DNA from: an uncultured virus (IMG/VR IMGVR_UViG_3300048502_000057)
Lineage: Duplodnaviria > Heunggongvirae > Uroviricota > Caudoviricetes
Length of the DNA: 20,000 nt
Virus record (IMG/VR): IMGVR_UViG_3300048502_000057
Reading direction: 5' to 3' (one strand)
A model generated the notes under the pieces. It was not told the DNA's origin, did no database searches, and worked only from the letters and a program-made list of their open reading frames with translations. Positions 17,029-20,000 of the stretch are shown in pieces. Each line of letters begins with the position of its first letter. Position 1 is the first letter of the stretch. The position numbers were made by a program, and so were the translations under genes.

Positions 17029-17570
17029 AAAACGGAGCTTTACCGTTAGCTAAAGATCCCTTTGCGGCCGGCGCTGCAAAGATGAAATCTGGATTGGCAC
17101 CGCTCAAAAAGTTCAAGCCGTTTCCTAACAATCCCCGAATGCATCCGAAAGCCGAGATCGACATGCTTGCGGCGGTCATCAAGCTCCGCGGTGCAGATCA
17201 GCCTATCGTTGTTGACGAAAAATTCGTGATCCTAAAAGGGCACGGCCGGCTTGCTGCGGCTACGGTCGCAGGCTTAACCGACTTCCCATACGTGCAGCGG
17301 TTTGGGCTATCCGAAACCGAAAAGATCGCAATCCGCATAGAAGATAACGCGCTGCCGCTTTTGTCTGGGTGGAACAAGGAATTGCTTTCGTCGCAATTGG
17401 GCGAGCTCCAATCCGGCGGATACGAAATGCAAACGCTTGGCTTTCCTGCAACGCAACTAACTGCATTCATGACGACGCCAGAAGCGCCGGCAGCGTTCGA
17501 AGCATTCGGCGAGGATATCCCGACAGAGCATACTTGCCCAAAATGCGGGTTTCGGTATTCGGGGAAATGA
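17025..17570 (+). CDS. ParB/Srx N-terminal domain protein with C-terminal CPKCG Zn ribbon
   Basis: PFPNNPRMH, QPIVVD...ILKGHGRLAA, RIEDN motifs. Confidence 0.88.
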   Translation: MKNGALPLAKDPFAAGAAKMKSGLAPLKKFKPFPNNPRMHPKAEIDMLAAVIKLRGADQPIVVDEKFVILKGHGRLAAATVAGLTDFPYVQRFGLSETEKIAIRIEDNALPLLSGWNKELLSSQLGELQSGGYEMQTLGFPATQLTAFMTTPEAPAAFEAFGEDIPTEHTCPKCGFRYSGK

Positions 17571-17745
17571 AACCGCCTTACCGTGTTCCGTCGATGCAGC
17601 AAATCGCGCGGATCAAGCCGAATGGCTTCAAAGCGATTAGCCTATTTGCCGGCGCTGGCGGTAGCAGCCTCGGCTATAGGCTTTCAGGTTTCAGGATGCT
17701 TTGGGCGTCCGAATTTATTGACGCAGCCCGCGACGTCTACGCGGG
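17567..17745 (+). pseudogene. N-terminal fragment of a C5-cytosine DNA methyltransferase
   Basis: AISLFAGAGGSSLGY (motif I), WASEFIDAARDVY (motifs II-III); no PC catalytic motif; runs into an oppositely oriented gene. Confidence 0.82.
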
Positions 17746-18039
17746 TCATGTCTTTTCCCCAATGCTAGCGAGAAACTTTCTCGCGTCGTCCCGCCACTTG
17801 TCGATAACTACCATGCCGTTGTCGGCTATCGGTTCGGCCGGGTCGTTCTGGATCAATGTACGGACAAGATCGACAAGACGATAATGCGAGTTAACCGCTT
17901 TTACGATCAGGGCGGCGTTGGCGGCCCATTGTTCGTTGCTCACAAATATTCTCAAATTCAAAATGTAAGGTACGGCGCAATCAATGTGCTCAATCAATAA
18001 ATCTCGCATCTCGGGAGTGATCTTATTTGTTGATTTCAT
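17746..18039 (-). CDS. Hypothetical protein (97 aa)
   Basis: AAGGGG RBS; ANAALIVKAVN helix pattern seen in many phage proteins. Confidence 0.65.
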   Translation of the reverse strand: MKSTNKITPEMRDLLIEHIDCAVPYILNLRIFVSNEQWAANAALIVKAVNSHYRLVDLVRTLIQNDPAEPIADNGMVVIDKWRDDARKFLASIGEKT

Positions 18040-18068
18040 TGAATTTTGCCCCTTTGTTCAAATAGCTC

Positions 18069-18097
18069 TAGCATTGGGGATAATTTTCCCCTATAGT
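18069..18097 (+). promoter_or_regulatory. Promoter with operator filling the spacer
   Basis: TAGCAT-TGGGGATAATTTTCCCC(17)-TATAGT. Confidence 0.75.
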
Positions 18098-18131
18098 TAT
18101 CCACATGTCAAGCTTCCAAGGATCTGATGCG

Positions 18132-18458
18132 ATGAAGTGGAAACTCAAGCGCACGGTGCAATGCGAGAAATGCCCATGGCGTGTTGACGTTGATCCGCAC
18201 GATATCCCGAATGGGTACTGCGAACGGAAGCACGCTGCTCTATCTGAGACAATAGCCGTGCCCGGCGACTTTCGTGGTTCTGGCAAAGCCATGGCATGCC
18301 ATGAAACGCACAATGCGCATTGCCTCGGATGGCTGATGAATCAGATCGGCGTAGGAAATAATATCGGCCTTCGTATTCGGATGATGAATTGCGAGAATGC
18401 TAGCAAGATTCGCCTTAAGGGCGAACAGCACGCTACGTTCGAGGATACATTACCGTGA
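18132..18458 (+). CDS. DUF6283-like Cys/His metal-binding protein
   Basis: CEKCPWR ... MACH ... CLGWL pattern; AAGGA RBS before ATG 18132. Confidence 0.7.
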   Translation: MKWKLKRTVQCEKCPWRVDVDPHDIPNGYCERKHAALSETIAVPGDFRGSGKAMACHETHNAHCLGWLMNQIGVGNNIGLRIRMMNCENASKIRLKGEQHATFEDTLP

Positions 18459-18634
18459 CCTTGCGCAAGGAACTGATATGCTGGTCGGTTCTGAAACGAT
18501 TGATACCCTCGTTTTTGCGCCGCGAACCGGCTCCTACTCTTGCCGAAGCCAACATTCGCGTGCAGCAGGCTTTGCGGAACATTCCCCGGTCTTGGTATGA
18601 TGTTCGCTATCAGCAACCAAGGAAATCAAAATGA
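18455..18634 (+). CDS. Hypothetical protein (59 aa)
   Basis: GTGA start overlap and ATGA end overlap; hand translated. Confidence 0.5.
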   Translation: MTLRKELICWSVLKRLIPSFLRREPAPTLAEANIRVQQALRNIPRSWYDVRYQQPRKSK

Positions 18635-18810
18635 GCAGACTAGACGATCTCGCCCATGAATTATGGGCAACCGCTCAACTTCTGCCCGGAGAATGCATTC
18701 TAGACGGCGTTGAGCGCATCAAGGAAACGATCAGGGAGTTTGCCGCCAATGAAGCGCATCAGTACGCCAACGATTCGGAAAAAGGCGCGACGAGCTCCGA
18801 TCCGTTGTAG
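18631..18810 (+). CDS. Hypothetical protein (59 aa)
   Basis: AAGGA RBS; MSRLDDLAHELWATAQLLPGE... Confidence 0.6.
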   Translation: MSRLDDLAHELWATAQLLPGECILDGVERIKETIREFAANEAHQYANDSEKGATSSDPL

Positions 18811-18991
18811 CCACGGGATCTTGCTTTCGGAGAAGTGCGCGAAATGCGAGATCGATAGCAACGATCTTCGCCGGCCATGGGATTACGGCCAATCAATCGG
18901 AACGGGGCCGACAATGCGCCCGACAAATCCTCACCCTGATTCGGATCGGGCGAGAAACTTAGAGGCAAAGCGCCATGAACAAGAAATTTGA
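18749..18991 (+). CDS. Small CxH...CxxC zinc-finger-like protein
   Basis: GGGAG RBS; CSHGILLSEKCAKC. Confidence 0.5.
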   Translation: MKRISTPTIRKKARRAPIRCSHGILLSEKCAKCEIDSNDLRRPWDYGQSIGTGPTMRPTNPHPDSDRARNLEAKRHEQEI

Positions 18992-19622
18992 CCCATACGA
19001 GGTTCTTGGCGTCGATCGGAATGCTACCGAAGCCGAGATCAAGAAAGCTGCCAAACAATCGGCGCGCAAGGCGCATCCCGATGCAGGCGGCAGCGATGAC
19101 GCGTTCATTGAAAACCGCAAGGCGTTAGCCGTATTCTCAAATCCAGAGAAGCGCGCCAAGTTTGACGCGACCGGAGCTATCGACGAAGAAAAACCCGACA
19201 ATTCAACGTCGATAGCAATGCAAATCATAATTTCCGTTATGGCAGAAATCACGAACGGCTATCTTGCGAGTGGTTTCAGTTCGTCAAGAGATCCGCGTCA
19301 TTTTGATTTGATCAAGCTCGTTGAGGGCAAGATCATGGATAAAATTGATAATGATCAGGAAACGGTGCGGCAGGGTAAAAAGCACGCGGCTTTTCTCCAA
19401 GATTTCGTGAAACGGTTCAAGTTGCGCAAAAAGGGAAAAGCATCATTCGATTTCATTTCCCGTCAAATCAATGACGAGATCGCCGTCATCGATGCCAAGA
19501 TTGCGGAAGTAGAAATCATGATTGAAAGCACGAAGCTAGCCTTGGAATTGCTCGCGTCCTATCACTATGATTTCGACAAGCCGCAATCAACGGTGATGAA
19601 CTATTATTTTACGACCACATAA
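18975..19622 (+). CDS. J-domain (DnaJ-like) protein
   Basis: DPYEVLGV...EIKKA...HPDAGG...KRAKFDATG, then a helical/coiled-coil C-terminal domain. Confidence 0.9.
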   Translation: MNKKFDPYEVLGVDRNATEAEIKKAAKQSARKAHPDAGGSDDAFIENRKALAVFSNPEKRAKFDATGAIDEEKPDNSTSIAMQIIISVMAEITNGYLASGFSSSRDPRHFDLIKLVEGKIMDKIDNDQETVRQGKKHAAFLQDFVKRFKLRKKGKASFDFISRQINDEIAVIDAKIAEVEIMIESTKLALELLASYHYDFDKPQSTVMNYYFTTT

Positions 19623-19728
19623 CCCGTAAAATAACCGCCCAAAGCCCTATGGTCGCAAGAAACGAAACAAGCGCAAGAAACTCAACAGGTCCGCCTAGAA
19701 TGATAGTCTCGATGATGATCTTCTTCAT
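19609..19728 (-). CDS. 39-aa single-TM peptide
   Basis: GGAG RBS; MKKIIIETIILGGPVEFLALVSFLATIGLWAVILRVMWS. Confidence 0.5.
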   Translation of the reverse strand: MKKIIIETIILGGPVEFLALVSFLATIGLWAVILRVMWS

Positions 19729-19826
19729 AGCCAAACTCCGGTCAAAAGCCGCGTCATTGCGGCAACGATCAAAGTAACGGACAGGCGTTAATAAACCGTA
19801 AACTCGAAACAAACAGGGGAACAAAA

Positions 19827-20000
19827 ATGCAGGCTTTCCACAACGACGCCACTATCAAATCCGCTATCATGGCCGGTCTCGCGGTCCACCGTGCCGCAGA
19901 CGAACTTGTTCAAGGGTCATATTGGGAGAACGGCAAAGGTTGCGCAGTCGGTTGCACGCTCGAAACGATCCGTGTAGTACTCTGCGTTGATACCACTGCT
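19827..20000 (+). CDS. Conserved phage hypothetical protein, partial
   Basis: AGGGGA RBS; MQAFHND...HRAADELVQGSYWENGKGCAVGCT. Confidence 0.75.
   Translation, partial: MQAFHNDATIKSAIMAGLAVHRAADELVQGSYWENGKGCAVGCTLETIRVVLCVDTTA

Noticed and set aside
17025..17570. ParB as a plasmid partition protein supporting a phage-plasmid
   Set aside because: No HTH or ParA; ParB-N plus Zn ribbon next to a methylase is a common phage arrangement
8985..18091. Palindromic repeats as CRISPR or transposon ends
   Set aside because: Dispersed over kilobases, no regular spacers, no cas or transposase

Overview
This is a bacteriophage or prophage early and replication region, most likely from an alphaproteobacterial (Hyphomicrobiales/Bradyrhizobium-like) host. 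From left to right it holds: small membrane genes; a rightward cassette with an Omp25/RopB-type outer-membrane beta-barrel protein and a holin-like gene; a long leftward recombination operon (HNH-like, YqaJ exonuclease, ERF annealing protein, HIRAN); a divergent control region with a single Cro-like regulator; and a rightward operon. The rightward operon encodes a GapR-like protein, a RuvC-like resolvase, an SNF2-type helicase, an N4/N6 methyltransferase, an HNH, an intein-containing DEAD/DEAH helicase, a ParB-N protein, a truncated C5 methyltransferase and a J-domain protein. The most notable feature is the ~490-bp non-coding region before the intein helicase. It resembles a plasmid-type antisense-RNA control module: a TTGGCG hexaloop hairpin, a consensus antisense promoter and terminator, an alternative long-range helix, and a G5-TAA-G5 tract, but no Rep gene. 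Also notable are a 16-bp palindromic operator that fills the 17-bp spacer of three promoters and an in-frame TGA followed by a SECIS-like hairpin. Clustered frameshifts and two truncated methyltransferases indicate sequencing/assembly error or prophage decay. All family calls come from motif recognition by eye, not database searches.
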